Made by a program: the position numbers and the translations under genes. Positions 45,929-56,452 of a DNA stretch of 64,000 nucleotides are shown piece after piece; the stretch's first letter is position 1; every line of letters begins with the position of its first letter. Source of the DNA: Cenarchaeum sp. (GTDB lineage Archaea > Thermoproteota > Nitrososphaeria > Nitrososphaerales > Nitrosopumilaceae); the NCBI GenBank assembly GCA_965242695.1, contig CBDESU010000001.1, positions 1,056,001 to 1,120,000 on the forward strand, written 5' to 3'. The notes beneath the pieces were generated by a model. That model worked only from the letters and a program-made list of their open reading frames with translations, was not told where the DNA came from and did not search any database.

Positions 45929-46993
45929 ATGGGAGGCGCGGCGGAAGGCGGAATAGGCGGAAGGCGGGCCCCGCGCGTGGCCATGACGATCGGCATCGGC
46001 GTCGAGTCCGAGCGCCCGGACACGGCGGCCGAAAAAGGGGACGGACGGCCCGACCTTGCCGCCTGCGAAGAGGCCGTCCGGCGCGACCCGGGCAGCATCG
46101 GCGCCCGCATGGACCACGCGGCGGCCCTGTCGAGCGCCGGGCGGCACGGCGATGCGCTCGCCGCCGCCGACGAGGCCCTGCGCATCGACCGTACGAGCGC
46201 CGGGGCGCACGCCCTGCGCGGCGCCATCCTCTTCAACTCCTCCAGGTACGCAGACGCCGTGCCCGCGTTCGAGGCCGCCGCCGCGGCCGACCCGGGCGAG
46301 GCCGCGCACCACATGGGGCGGGCAATGGCATGCACGGGCATCGGCCGCCGCGCCGATGCGATAGAGTCGTTCGGCGAGGCGGCCCGGCTCGACCCGTCTA
46401 GCGTGGATGCGCGCAACGGGCTCGGCATCGCGCTGTCCGAGGAGGGCCGCCATTCAGAGGCCCTTGCGGCGTACAGGGAGGCGCTGCGGATCGACCCGCG
46501 CAACCCCGTGTCCAACACAAAGAGGGGCGACATACTGGCCGGCAGGGGCAGGCACAAGGGGGCGCTTGCCGCGTATACGAGGGCAGTGCGGGCCGAGCCA
46601 GGGCTGGCCGAGGCCCACGTCGGAAGGGGGCGCGCGCTTGTCGGCCTGCGCAGGCCCAAGAGGGCGCTAGCGGCGCTTGCGAGGGCGGCGCGGCTGGATC
46701 CGGACAGCGCCGCCGTCCACGCCGTCCGCTCAGAGGCGCTCCTTATCCTCGGCCGGTACGAGGGGGCGCTTGCCGCCATCGACAGGGCCGCGCGCCTGGC
46801 CCCGGGCGACGGGAGCGTGCACTTTGCGCGCGGCGTCGTGCTGCTCGGCATGGGGCGGACCGCCGAGGGCGGCAGGGAGATCAAAGAGGCCGCGCGGCTC
46901 AGCCCCGACGACAGGAACATTGCAAAGGCGCTCGGCATGCTTCGGCCCGGGGGACAGGAGCGCATAGGCCGGCGCCGGGCCTCTCCCCCCTAG
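45929..46993 (+). CDS. TPR protein 3
   Basis: TPR repeats; start placed at ATG 45929 from the motif at 45891. Confidence 0.9.
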   Translation: MGGAAEGGIGGRRAPRVAMTIGIGVESERPDTAAEKGDGRPDLAACEEAVRRDPGSIGARMDHAAALSSAGRHGDALAAADEALRIDRTSAGAHALRGAILFNSSRYADAVPAFEAAAAADPGEAAHHMGRAMACTGIGRRADAIESFGEAARLDPSSVDARNGLGIALSEEGRHSEALAAYREALRIDPRNPVSNTKRGDILAGRGRHKGALAAYTRAVRAEPGLAEAHVGRGRALVGLRRPKRALAALARAARLDPDSAAVHAVRSEALLILGRYEGALAAIDRAARLAPGDGSVHFARGVVLLGMGRTAEGGREIKEAARLSPDDRNIAKALGMLRPGGQERIGRRRASPP

Positions 46994-48245
46994 CGCGCAG
47001 CGGCGCCCCTTCGCGCCGCCGCCGCAAGCCGGGTGATCAGCTCCCTTTCCGCGGCCCGAAAGCCGCAGTCCGCGTCGCGCCAAAAGCCGCGCCAGGCCTC
47101 GTTGAGAAGGCCGGCGACCGTGTCGCCGCCCGATCCGCCACGTTCCCGCCCCCCGCCGGAGTAGCCGCGCAGTCCCGCCCGCCCGAACGTCGGGAGTATG
47201 GAGGCGGCAACCTCTTGGAGCAGCTCGGACGGGAAGGCGTGGCCGTACCCGGGCGGCGGGCTGCCGCACAGCTGCGCCATCGCGCCCCATTCCGCCCTGA
47301 TGCGATCCGCCTCTGGCTCGTGCCCGAGCAGTCGCATCCCGGCGTCGAGCAGGCGCATCCTGGCCTCGCCGGAGGGGTGGTCCTGCTCGGACAGCGGCCT
47401 GAGCTCGTAGATGTCCAGGTCAGTCTTGGTAACGAGGTGCAGGTTCGAGTGCGCGTATGCAGGCCCCGCCGCAAACAGGGCAAAGAGATCGCAGAACGCC
47501 TCCTGTATCCAGATAGACTTCCACCGTGACCACATCCACTCCACACCGTCCCGCGTCAGCGCCGGATCCGGCCCGCACTCCGTCTTGCCCACAAGCTGCG
47601 AGTACCGATCATCGACGACGCCAAGCGCGCCGTCCGTGCCATCCATGATGGGCTCGCACCCGGCTCCACGATTTACGTGGACGAACAGCAGGTGCCCCAT
47701 CTCGTGATAAAAGTCAGGCATGTGCAATAGGAACGCCGCCTCCGAGAACGGGACATGCACGGTATTGGTCGCCGGATGCGCAAAGTAGTACTCACCCGAC
47801 GTACACGATACCGCCGGACAGGGAAACGGCAGGCCCACCTCGCCGTGCATCGCGGACAGGACATCGTTGAGGAACACTGCCCGCTCCGTCTGGCAGTGCA
47901 GCGGCGGCATGCAGTACCCGTCGACCGCTGTTATTACCCTGGTGCAACCTTTCAGGATCCGCAACGCCTTGGCGCCAGCGCCACCCGTACAGCCGTTGAC
48001 AAGCAGGTCGTCAGCCCGTTCCAACATGCTCGACTGCCGCTCCAGTGTCACTATAGTCGCGGCGGCCAGGCGTTCCAGTGCCGCATGCCGCCGCCGCCGC
48101 CGGCCGGCGCCCTGTACATGGACCCGGTCGCGGCGGCCAGGCGTTCCAGCGCCGCATGCCGCTGTCTGTCCGGAATTGCGGCCCTCAGGTACTCGGCCCT
48201 GTCGATCTGCTCGCGGATGGCGCACCTCAAGTAGCGGGTGCTCAT
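46990..48245 (-). pseudogene. HExxH zinc-metallopeptidase-like protein (about 394 aa), frameshifted by a 71-bp duplication-plus-insert
   Basis: FYHEMGH, EAFCDLFA...GPAY and DHPSGEAR; ATG 48245 overlaps the upstream stop (ATGA); 1256-71 = 1185 bp = 395 codons. Confidence 0.75.
48056..48162 (+). repeat. Putative ectopic CRISPR spacer integration 2: 36-bp duplication with 35-bp insert
   Basis: GTCGCGGCGGCCAGGCGTTCCAGYGCCGCATGCCGC at 48056-48091 and 48127-48162 (one mismatch); insert CGCCGCCGCCGGCCGGCGCCCTGTACATGGACCCG. Confidence 0.8.
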
Positions 48246-48649
48246 CGTCTGTACATCTTCCCGTGCAGGGACGCGCACAAGTTGTCGAGGGCATCCGAGA
48301 CATCGCCGAGGATCGACACGTCCTTGCCTGACAGATCAACCCTGCCGCCCGTGCCTTCCTCGAGCCTAGTCTCGACGGACAGTATGCCGTCCCTTATGCC
48401 CGGCCAGCCCTCGCGGTGGCGGAGGCGCAGAAACTCGGACATCTCCTCGCCGTTGATTCCCAAGGTGAAGTAGGTCCGCCCGCGGAGGTGACGGCTCAGC
48501 GGTGCAAGTACGGCCAGTAGGCTCTCGGCCTCGTCCTGCCGCTCCACGAGGCCGCCGCGCGACTCGATCGCCTCCAAAGCGGTGAGGTACGGATCGAGTA
48601 GATTCGTAGCGCAGTGGAGGTTGGTGCCGAGCGCGCCCATGATGCTCAT
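48242..48649 (-). CDS. 135-aa hypothetical protein, copy 3, coupled to the HExxH gene
   Basis: Paralogous to 49485-49892 and 48864-49271. Confidence 0.8.
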   Translation of the reverse strand: MSIMGALGTNLHCATNLLDPYLTALEAIESRGGLVERQDEAESLLAVLAPLSRHLRGRTYFTLGINGEEMSEFLRLRHREGWPGIRDGILSVETRLEEGTGGRVDLSGKDVSILGDVSDALDNLCASLHGKMYRR

Positions 48650-48863
48650 CGTCCGCAGCCCCCCAACTCTAATGCCCCCACGCTGCGCCGGCCCGCCATT
48701 GCACGCAGGCGCACGGGGGCCATTTTTAAAGCTGTCGATATCGCACTACACGCGGCGGCCAGGCGTTCCAGCGCCGCATGCCGCTGTCTGTCCGGAATTG
48801 CGGCCATCAGGGACTCGGCCCTGTCGATCTGCTCGCGGATGATGCGCCTCAAGTAGCTGGCGC

Positions 48864-49271
48864 TCATAGTCTGTACATCTTCCCGAACAGGGACTCGCAC
48901 ACGCTGCCAAGGGCATCCGAGACATCGCCGAGGATCTACACGTCTTCGCCGGAGAGCTCCATCTGTCCGCTGGATCCCCCTTCGAGCCTGGCCTTGACGG
49001 ACAGTATGCCGTCCCTTGCGGCCGGCCAGCCCTCGCGGCGGCGGAGGCGCAGAAACTCGGACATCTCCTCGCCGTTGACGCCGAGTGAAAAGTAGGTCTT
49101 TCCATTGAGATGGCAGCTCAGCGGTGCGAGCACGGCCAGTAGGCTCCTGGCCTCGTCCGGCCTCCCCACGGAGCCGCCGCGCGACTTGATGGCCCTCAAA
49201 GCATCACGGTATGGCCGGTGCAACCGCGTGGCGCAGTTGAGGCTGGTACCGAGCGCGCCCATGACGCTCAT
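48864..49271 (-). pseudogene. 135-aa hypothetical protein, copy 2, premature TAG at 48936
   Basis: Homology to copies 1 and 3 continues past the stop (ILGDVSDALGSVCESLFGKMYRL). Confidence 0.75.
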
Positions 49272-49484
49272 AGGCCGCCACCGCCCAACTCGAACGCATT
49301 CATGCCGCGCCTGTCCGCCATGCTGCGCAGGCGCACAGGGCTGTTTTTAAGGCCAGTGACAACGCCCTGCATGCGGCGGCTAGACGCTCGAGTGCCGCAT
49401 GCCGCTGTCTGTCCGGAATTGCGGCCCTCAGGGACTCGGCCCTGTCGATCTGCTCGCGGATGATGCGCCTCAAGTAGCGGGCGC

Positions 49485-49892
49485 TCAACGCCTGCGCATC
49501 TCCCTGAACAGGGACTCGCACACGCTGTCAAGGGCATCGGAGATGTCGTCGAGGATCGACATATCCTCGCCGGATAGGGCCGCCCGACCGCCGGCGCCCT
49601 CTTCAAGCCGTGACTTGACGGAGAGTATGCCGTCCCTGATTCTAGGCCAGGCCTCGCGGTGGCGGAGGCGCAAAAGCTCGGACATGTCATCGCCGTTGAT
49701 GCCCAGTACAATGTAGGTCTCCCCCTTGAAGTGGTGGCACAGCGGCGCGAGCACATCCAAGAGGCTCTTGGCTTCGTCCGGCCGCTCCACGAGGCCGCCG
49801 CGCGACTCGATGATCTCCAAGGCCGAGATGTATGGATCGAGTAGCTTCGTGGCGCAGTGGAGGTGGGTGGCGAGCACGCTCATGCCGCTCAT
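49485..49892 (-). CDS. 135-aa hypothetical protein, copy 1
   Basis: Intact paralogue (LHCATKLLDPY...LGINGDDMSELLRLRHRE). Confidence 0.8.
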   Translation of the reverse strand: MSGMSVLATHLHCATKLLDPYISALEIIESRGGLVERPDEAKSLLDVLAPLCHHFKGETYIVLGINGDDMSELLRLRHREAWPRIRDGILSVKSRLEEGAGGRAALSGEDMSILDDISDALDSVCESLFREMRRR

Positions 49893-50101
49893 TGCCCGCC
49901 GCCCCCGAGCTCGAATGCCGTCGTGTTGTGCCGGCCCGCCATTGCGCGCAGACGCATTGCGGCCACTTTTACCTCTGCCGGATGGCGCGAACGGCTGTAG
50001 GATCCCAAAAGTAGTTCACCCCCCCCCCCCCCACTCGCGCCTGTGGAGGATTTTTAGCCGATCGAGGTGCCCCGTGTCGGAACTGGGATCACAGGCCCCT
50101 G

Positions 50102-50770
50102 CTAGCGCCTATGCACGATTCCAGACTTTTCGTCCACCACCTCCACCCCCCTGGATGGCATCCCGTAGACACAGGCCATGGCGGGCGTCTCGCCCTCGTC
50201 AAGCGGCATGCCGTCTAGCTCGCAGCCGCACCCGTACGCCGGCCTCGACACGGCGTCCCGCGGGCCGTCCGCGCGGCGGAACGGCCCGCCCACGGGGGGA
50301 AGGCCCCGGGCATGCCAGACCCGGCCGCCGTCCGCGGCGGCGACTCGGACTCGAACTCGTGCTGGCGGCGCGCGACCGCCCCGTGGAACCGCCAGACCTT
50401 GCCGTTTGTCCGGGGGAGGCGCGATCCATAGCCAGACATGCCGCATGCTCGGGCGCCCCAGCGCGGCCTCGAAGGCGGACTCGCCGCGCCTGCGCCCTCG
50501 TCCCCGTTCGCAGAGCCGCGAGCCGCGGCAGGACATGATCGAGGCCGGGCGGGCAGGCCCGCCGTGCCCTCGCGCAGGACGGCCATTGCGATGCCGCAGC
50601 GGCATCCTTGGCGGCGCCAAATGCAACCGTGCGGCGCGGGACGCCGCCCTCGCACGCGATGGGACGCCGCCCGTCGAACAGCGGCACAAGGTCCGCGTGC
50701 CACATCATCCTCGAGTGGCCTCACACCCACCGCAGCCGCATCCTCCCCCTGCTGCAGTGTACCAACTTTT
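50102..50770 (-). pseudogene. Degenerate IS481-like (integrase core) transposase remnant
   Basis: Fragments across frames: MWHADLVPLFDGR, PASIMSCRGSR, ESAFEAAL, PRTNGKVWRFHG, GETPAMA. These resemble rve-type IS481 transposases (recognised from memory, not searched). Confidence 0.55.
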
Positions 50771-50952
50771 GCACGCCGTCGCCGGCATCCAGGACGGCGA
50801 GTATTGTCCCGCGGAGATGCAAAGCTCGTGCTGCCTCGTTATCCTCCCCGCCCATGCGCGCCGCAGCGGCGCTCGCTCCCCCTCCAGAGGCCGGAAGCGT
50901 ACTCCCCCCCCCTCCCGCACCGCATAAATCCGCCGCGTCCGGCCCTGCCCAC

Positions 50953-51906
50953 ATGGGCGGCCCCGACGAAGGCGGCGGCGAAAGGGACGGCGGCAGCGGC
51001 AGGCCCCCGCGCGTTCGCATGTGGTTCGGCACCGCCGCCGACCACGAGCGCCTGCATAGGATTCACGGGGAGGGCAAGGAGAAGGCAGGCACCGACATCG
51101 CCGCCCGCGAAGAGGCCGTCCGCCTGGACCCCGGCAGCGCCAACGCCCGAATGTACCTGGCCCTGGCGCTGCTCGGCAGGGGGCGCCACGACGACGCGCT
51201 CGCCGCCCTCGACGAGGCGCTGCGGATCGACGCGACCAGCCCCGATGCGCACAGCATGCGCGGCGCCATCCTCGTGAACACGTCCAGGGCCGCCGAGGCC
51301 GCGCGCGCGTTCGAGGCAGCCGCCGCGGCCGATCCCGGCAGCGCCGGGGCCCACATCGGGCGCGGCACGTCGTACATGGGCCTCGGCAGGCACGAGGATG
51401 CCGCGGCGGCGTTCGCAGAGGCGGCGCGGGCCGACCCGTCGAGTCCGGATGCGCGCATCGGGCGCGGCGATGCGCTGGTCTGGATGGGCCGCCGCGCCGA
51501 GGCCCTCGCAGAGTACGTCGAGGCGCTGCGGATCGACCCGCGCAGGGTCGCTCCCCACGCAAAGATCGGGCGCCTGCTGCTAGAGGCGGGCAGGAACAGG
51601 AGGGCGCTTGCGGCGTTTGGCAGGGCGGCGCGGCTGGAACCCGACAGCGGGCCGGCCCACTGCGGGCGCGCCGAGGCCCTCGAGCGCCTCGGCCGCCACA
51701 GGAGGGCGCTTGCGGCGGCCGACAGGTCGGCGCGGCTGGATCCGCACGAGCCGGCCGTGCACTTTGTGCGCGGCGTAGTGCTGTTCGGCATGGGGCGGGC
51801 CGATGAGTCGATCGCCGCGCTCGAAGAGGCTGCCCGGCTCGACCCCGACGACGGGAACGCGGCCGGGGTGCTCGAAGAGGTGCGGCGGAAGACGGGGCGC
51901 GCGTAG
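50953..51906 (+). CDS. TPR protein 4
   Basis: TPR repeats; start from the motif at 50915. Confidence 0.9.
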   Translation: MGGPDEGGGERDGGSGRPPRVRMWFGTAADHERLHRIHGEGKEKAGTDIAAREEAVRLDPGSANARMYLALALLGRGRHDDALAALDEALRIDATSPDAHSMRGAILVNTSRAAEAARAFEAAAAADPGSAGAHIGRGTSYMGLGRHEDAAAAFAEAARADPSSPDARIGRGDALVWMGRRAEALAEYVEALRIDPRRVAPHAKIGRLLLEAGRNRRALAAFGRAARLEPDSGPAHCGRAEALERLGRHRRALAAADRSARLDPHEPAVHFVRGVVLFGMGRADESIAALEEAARLDPDDGNAAGVLEEVRRKTGRA

Positions 51907-52075
51907 GCGGGCAGGGGCGGCGCTGCCGTCCGCCGCACCCTTCCTTCCGTGCCGCCGCCGCGCATGCTGGACTGCGCCGCAGGGGGCATGCCGCGCCCGT
52001 TCCGCCGGCTATGCGCCCCGCATCGATGCCCCCAGTTCCGCACCGCATAAATCCGCCATGCCAGGCCCCGCCCTC

Positions 52076-54280
52076 ATGGGCGGCGGCGGCGGGCGCGCGG
52101 GGCAGGACAAGGAGGGCAGCCCCGCCGGAACAGACGGGGCGGCAGGAGCCGAATGCGGCGGCCATGCGGCGCGCGGCGCAGACCTGCAGTCGCAGGGCCT
52201 CCACGAAGAGGCCCTTGCGGCGTACGACGAGGCGGTGCGGCTGGATCCCGGCAGCGCGGCCGGGCATGCAGGGCGGGGCGATGCGCTGCTAGAGATGGGC
52301 CGCAGCGAAGAGTACCGCGATCCGGACGAAGAGACGGAGGGGCCTGGTCCCCGCGGAGCGCGGCCCGGAAGGGATCGCTTCAAGGACGCCCTTGCGGCGT
52401 ACGACGAGGCGGTGCGGCTGGATCCCGGCAGCGCCGACCGGCGCGCGGGGCGCGGCGAGGCGCTCCTAGAGCTTGGCAGCAACAAGAAGGCGATCGAGGC
52501 CTTTGGCGAGGCCGCGCGGCTGGATCCCGGCAGTGCAGACCGGCGCAGGGTGCTCGCAGAGGTGCTGTGCGACCTGGACCGGTTCGAGGACGCCCTTGCG
52601 GCGTACGACGAGGCGGTGCGGCTGGATCCCGGCAACGTCCACCTGATCGAGGGTCGCGGCGAGGCGCTGCTGGCCCTTGGCAGGAACGAAGAGGGCGTGG
52701 CCGCGTACAGGGAGGCGGTGCGGACAGAGCCCGGCAGTGCAGACCGGCACGAGGCGCTCGGCATGATCTTCAGGCGCATCGACCGCCCCGAAGAGGCGCT
52801 GGCCGCGTACGGGGAGGCCGCGCGGCTGGATCCCGGCAGCGCATCCAGGCAGAGGGAACTCGGCGAGGCGCTGCTAGACCTTGGGCGCACAGAGGACGGC
52901 CTGGCCGCGTACAGGGATGCGGTGCGGCTAGAGCCCGGCAGTACATCCAGGCAAAGGGAACTAGGCGAGGCGCTGCACCTGGCAGATCGCAACGCCGAGG
53001 CGCTCGCCGCGCTCAACGAGGCCGTGCGGATGTGCAGTAGCAGCGGCAGCGGCAGCGGCAGCGGCAGCGGCAGCGCCCGGTCGGCCCATATCCTGCGCGG
53101 CTGCGTCCTGATGGCCATGTCGCGGCACGACAGGGCCGTGCCGGACTTCAAGTCGGCCGTGGGGCTCGACCCCGGCGATGCCAGCGCGCACGTGTGGCTG
53201 GGGGTCGCGTACGAGCAGCTTGGCAGGTACAAGAGTGCGATCGCATCGATGAAAAGGGGCATCCGGCTCGATCCGCAGAACGCGGACGCGCATACCGTCC
53301 ACGGCAGGGCGCTGCTCAAGGCCGGCCGCACCGGCAAGTCCCTTGCCGCGTTCGACAGGGCGGTCAGGCGCGACGGCGGCCTGGCAGAGGCCCACGAGGG
53401 GAGGGGCTATGCACTGCTCAAGGCCGGCAGGCACAAGGAGGCGCTCGCCGCGCTTGCAAGGGCGGCGCGGCTCGATCCCGACAGCGCAAGCGCACACCTG
53501 GGAAGGGGCCGCGCGCTGCTCAAGGCCGGCCGCCGCAGGGCGGCGCTCGCCGCGCTCAAGAAGGCCGCGCGGATCGACCCCGACGATGCATATGTGCACC
53601 TGGCCGCCGGCATCGTGCTGAGCGGGGCCGGCCTACACAAGAGGGCGCTTGCCGCCCTCGACAGGGCCGCATCGCTGGACGACGGCGATGCTGCCGTCCA
53701 CCGCATGCGCGGCATTGCGCTGGGCGAGCTCGGCCGCCACAAGAGGGCGCTTGCCGCCCTCGACGGGGCCGCATCGCTGGACGACGGCGATGCTGCCGTC
53801 CACCGCATGCGCGGCATTGCGCTGGGCGAGCTCGGCCGCCACAAGAGGGCGCTTGCCGCGCTAGACAGGGCCGCATCGCTCGACGACGGCGACTGGAAGA
53901 CGCACCTTGCAAGGGGCAGGGCCCTTGAGGACATGGGGAGGTACCCCGAGGCGCTCGCCGCCCTCGACAGGGCCGTGGAGATCCAGCCCGGGAATTCGGC
54001 CGTGCACTGCCGGCGCGGCATGATCCTTGTCAGCCTCCACAGGGAGTCCGAGGCACTCTCCGAGTTCGACGAGGCCGACCGCATCATGCCCGGCAACGGG
54101 CTGGTTGCCTGCGGGCGCGCCATGGCCCTGGCCGGCCTCGGCCGCCTCGAAGAGGCGCGCGCCGTGGCCGACAAGGCCTCGCGGATCGACCCCGACGACG
54201 AGGACGTTGCACAGGTCCGCAGGATGCTGCAGGAGGCGCCCGGGGGCGGCAGGAGGCGGCGCAGGGCGCGGGGCGCGTGA
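52076..54280 (+). CDS. Long TPR protein 5 (about 734 aa)
   Basis: About 20 TPRs, an (AGCGGC)n Ser-Gly tract at about 53040-53075 and a near-exact 102-bp internal duplication at about 53637-53890; start from the motif at 52038. Confidence 0.9.
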   Translation: MGGGGGRAGQDKEGSPAGTDGAAGAECGGHAARGADLQSQGLHEEALAAYDEAVRLDPGSAAGHAGRGDALLEMGRSEEYRDPDEETEGPGPRGARPGRDRFKDALAAYDEAVRLDPGSADRRAGRGEALLELGSNKKAIEAFGEAARLDPGSADRRRVLAEVLCDLDRFEDALAAYDEAVRLDPGNVHLIEGRGEALLALGRNEEGVAAYREAVRTEPGSADRHEALGMIFRRIDRPEEALAAYGEAARLDPGSASRQRELGEALLDLGRTEDGLAAYRDAVRLEPGSTSRQRELGEALHLADRNAEALAALNEAVRMCSSSGSGSGSGSGSARSAHILRGCVLMAMSRHDRAVPDFKSAVGLDPGDASAHVWLGVAYEQLGRYKSAIASMKRGIRLDPQNADAHTVHGRALLKAGRTGKSLAAFDRAVRRDGGLAEAHEGRGYALLKAGRHKEALAALARAARLDPDSASAHLGRGRALLKAGRRRAALAALKKAARIDPDDAYVHLAAGIVLSGAGLHKRALAALDRAASLDDGDAAVHRMRGIALGELGRHKRALAALDGAASLDDGDAAVHRMRGIALGELGRHKRALAALDRAASLDDGDWKTHLARGRALEDMGRYPEALAALDRAVEIQPGNSAVHCRRGMILVSLHRESEALSEFDEADRIMPGNGLVACGRAMALAGLGRLEEARAVADKASRIDPDDEDVAQVRRMLQEAPGGGRRRRRARGA

Positions 54281-54497
54281 GCGGGGCGGCCTGCCGCTGC
54301 GATGCGCGGGCGCATGCGGCGCCGGGCATCCGCGCGCGCCCGCCTGCCGGCCCGGCGGCCGCGGCGGCGCACGCGGCAGGCGGCGCCGGCGATTGGGCCT
54401 AGATCATGGCGGCACTTCTTGCCCCCGTGATCCGTTCCGCCGGCAGGCGTTGCCGCGAACATTGTTTTTAATACCACCTCGCCCGCCCGCGCTCACG

Positions 54498-54914
54498 ATG
54501 ACGACCCAGCAGGCAGTCCTCAGCAAAAGGAGAGCGGATTTGAAAGGGCGACATGTGGCCCCCACCGTGGACGAGTCCATGGCGGCTGGCGTGGCCGCAG
54601 CCGAGGCGGCCGCAATGCCAGCAGGCTGGAAGCCGAGCAGGTTCTTCGAGGCATGGAAAAAAGTAGCGGCCGAGAAGTCGGCATTCAAGCTTTGCTGGCT
54701 CAACATGGGGCACTACAGCGCCCTTACGCCCAAGGATAGAAAGCGGGTCATTGGCAAGATCTTGCGCATCACGATAGCTTCAAGAGCCTACGACTCTGAC
54801 GACTTTTACGAGGGCGTCCTTGCATCGCACAACGACTACGGCGCTATGCAGGTATACGTGTCCGCGTTCGTGGATGCGTTCTGGAAGGACTACTGGACGG
54901 ATTGCATCGAGTGA
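54498..54914 (+). CDS. Hypothetical protein (138 aa)
   Basis: Protein-like composition; TTTTTAATA about 25 bp upstream. Confidence 0.65.
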   Translation: MTTQQAVLSKRRADLKGRHVAPTVDESMAAGVAAAEAAAMPAGWKPSRFFEAWKKVAAEKSAFKLCWLNMGHYSALTPKDRKRVIGKILRITIASRAYDSDDFYEGVLASHNDYGAMQVYVSAFVDAFWKDYWTDCIE

Positions 54915-54957
54915 TGCCCGGGCGGCGAGCAGGAGTGAAGTGCACCTCTCTCTCCCG

Positions 54958-55800
54958 CTAGCCTCCGAGCCACCTGATCCTGTGCCTTGCCCCCAGCGCC
55001 TCAGCATTATCCCTGCCGATCTCGGCGCCAGGCAACACGACAAAGTCTGTTTCCGGCGGGATCGGAGTCCCGTCGGGCACCCTCACCTCCGCCTCGGACG
55101 CGTGTTCCGCCTCTTTCGGATCGTCCACCCGCTCGTCTTTTTCCTCCATGTCCCTAGGCAGGGCGGTGTACTGCACGCATCGGACATTCCTGCGCATAGC
55201 GTCGCTCATTGGGACGCGCATCTGGATTTTTCGTCCGCCAAATCGCAGCCCCGGATTGACAGTGAGCGCCTTGAAGCCGCGCCGCGCACCATCCGCCTCG
55301 ATCCTACTCTCGAACACGCCCGTCATGCAGCTCCCAATCTCAAGCGGGTCGATCCACCGGTACACATGATCCGATGCAAGGGCCGTTCCGCAGAGCCAGG
55401 CGCTAAACGCACGCGCCGTCTCCTCTGCGTCCAGAATTTTGCAGTATTTCGCACCATCTCTTGCAAGCCCGTCTAGGAGCAGCCGGTCGCACTCGCGCCA
55501 GTCCTTTCGCGCATGGGCCGCCTTGTACCTGCCGTAGGCCTCACCGCTCTCGAAGAGCCACCTGCGGGCATGGCCTTTACGGCCCCACACTCCGGCCCGT
55601 GCGCCTTCCACTGCCGACAGCACCCCCGGCATGGAAAGGGCGCCGAATGTCGCGAGCTTTTCGCGCACACCACGAATCTCGATCGCATGCCCCGGCGCTA
55701 TGATGGACGCGGAGACTCCGCTTCTGTCTGCGCCGCCCAGCCCTGCTACGGTGTCCGCCATGCCGTCGATGGCCTCTCGTAAACATATAACAGTTTTCAA
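54958..55800 (-). CDS. Hypothetical protein (up to 280 aa; start may be ATG near 55761)
   Basis: Long protein-like ORF with an AT-rich upstream region; no family recognised. Confidence 0.65.
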   Translation of the reverse strand: MKTVICLREAIDGMADTVAGLGGADRSGVSASIIAPGHAIEIRGVREKLATFGALSMPGVLSAVEGARAGVWGRKGHARRWLFESGEAYGRYKAAHARKDWRECDRLLLDGLARDGAKYCKILDAEETARAFSAWLCGTALASDHVYRWIDPLEIGSCMTGVFESRIEADGARRGFKALTVNPGLRFGGRKIQMRVPMSDAMRRNVRCVQYTALPRDMEEKDERVDDPKEAEHASEAEVRVPDGTPIPPETDFVVLPGAEIGRDNAEALGARHRIRWLGG

Positions 55801-55975
55801 GCGTACTATAAACGTATATTAGCATCGTCAGCTGTTGTAGCCGGTGGTAAATTCAGATCTATCCATATCCGGGTCCCCCCGCTGCATACTGATCCCCATG
55901 GCATCGATGCCGTAACCGCCCCCTGTATGCGCGCCGCTTGCCAGGCTCTGCATGCCCCGCCCGCCCCTCGCATCC

Positions 55976-56240
55976 CCGCACCGCGCAAATCCGCCCCCTC
56001 CTCCGCTCCGAATGCATGGACGGCGCAAAGGGAGGCACGGCGCCTGCACAGCCGCGCCGCCGGCAGCGGCATCGATGACCTCAATGGCAGGGCCCCGGCC
56101 TCGACAAGCGCCGGGCGCATCGAGGATGCGCCGCAGGGCGCGGGGCGCGTGAGCGGGGCGGCCTGCCGCGGCGATGCGCGGGCGCATGCGGCGCCGGGCA
56201 TCCGCGCGCGCGTGCCTGCCGGCCCGGCGGCCGCGGCTGC
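55976..56240 (+). pseudogene. Collapsed TPR-gene cassette
   Basis: Mutated promoter motif (GCAAAT) followed within about 150 bp by sequence nearly identical to the 3' end and downstream flank of TPR5 (54261-54365). Confidence 0.55.
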
Positions 56241-56452
56241 GCGCAGTTCCGCCCCGCGGCGGCATCGACAATGGGGCCATGGCAACGCCCGATTCCGCCC
56301 TCCTGCCGGCACGCCAGTGTCGGCCTGTGCGACGAGTGGATGGACGGCGGCGGTAGCGGCATCCCAGGGACAGACGCCCCTGCCGCATTCCCTCCACTCC
56401 ACCCTCCCTCTCATCCCGCACCGCATAAATCCGCCCTGCTCGCCCCTCCCGC

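Noticed and set aside
44057-46453. 798-aa and other long antisense ORFs over the TPR genes and transposases
   Set aside because: Shadow ORFs from high GC content; only the last 84 codons look real.
50257-50348. Degenerate direct repeat (GCCGTCCGCG core) with about 63-bp period in the IS481-like remnant
   Set aside because: Wrong period and low complexity; cannot be called a fourth ectopic integration.
52312-52387. 25-aa insertion within a TPR of TPR5
   Set aside because: Similar in size to a repeat-spacer unit, but no flanking duplication is visible.
56268-56277. CAATGGGGCC, a 10-nt match to the CRISPR repeat
   Set aside because: No hairpin and no partner copy at about 72 bp.
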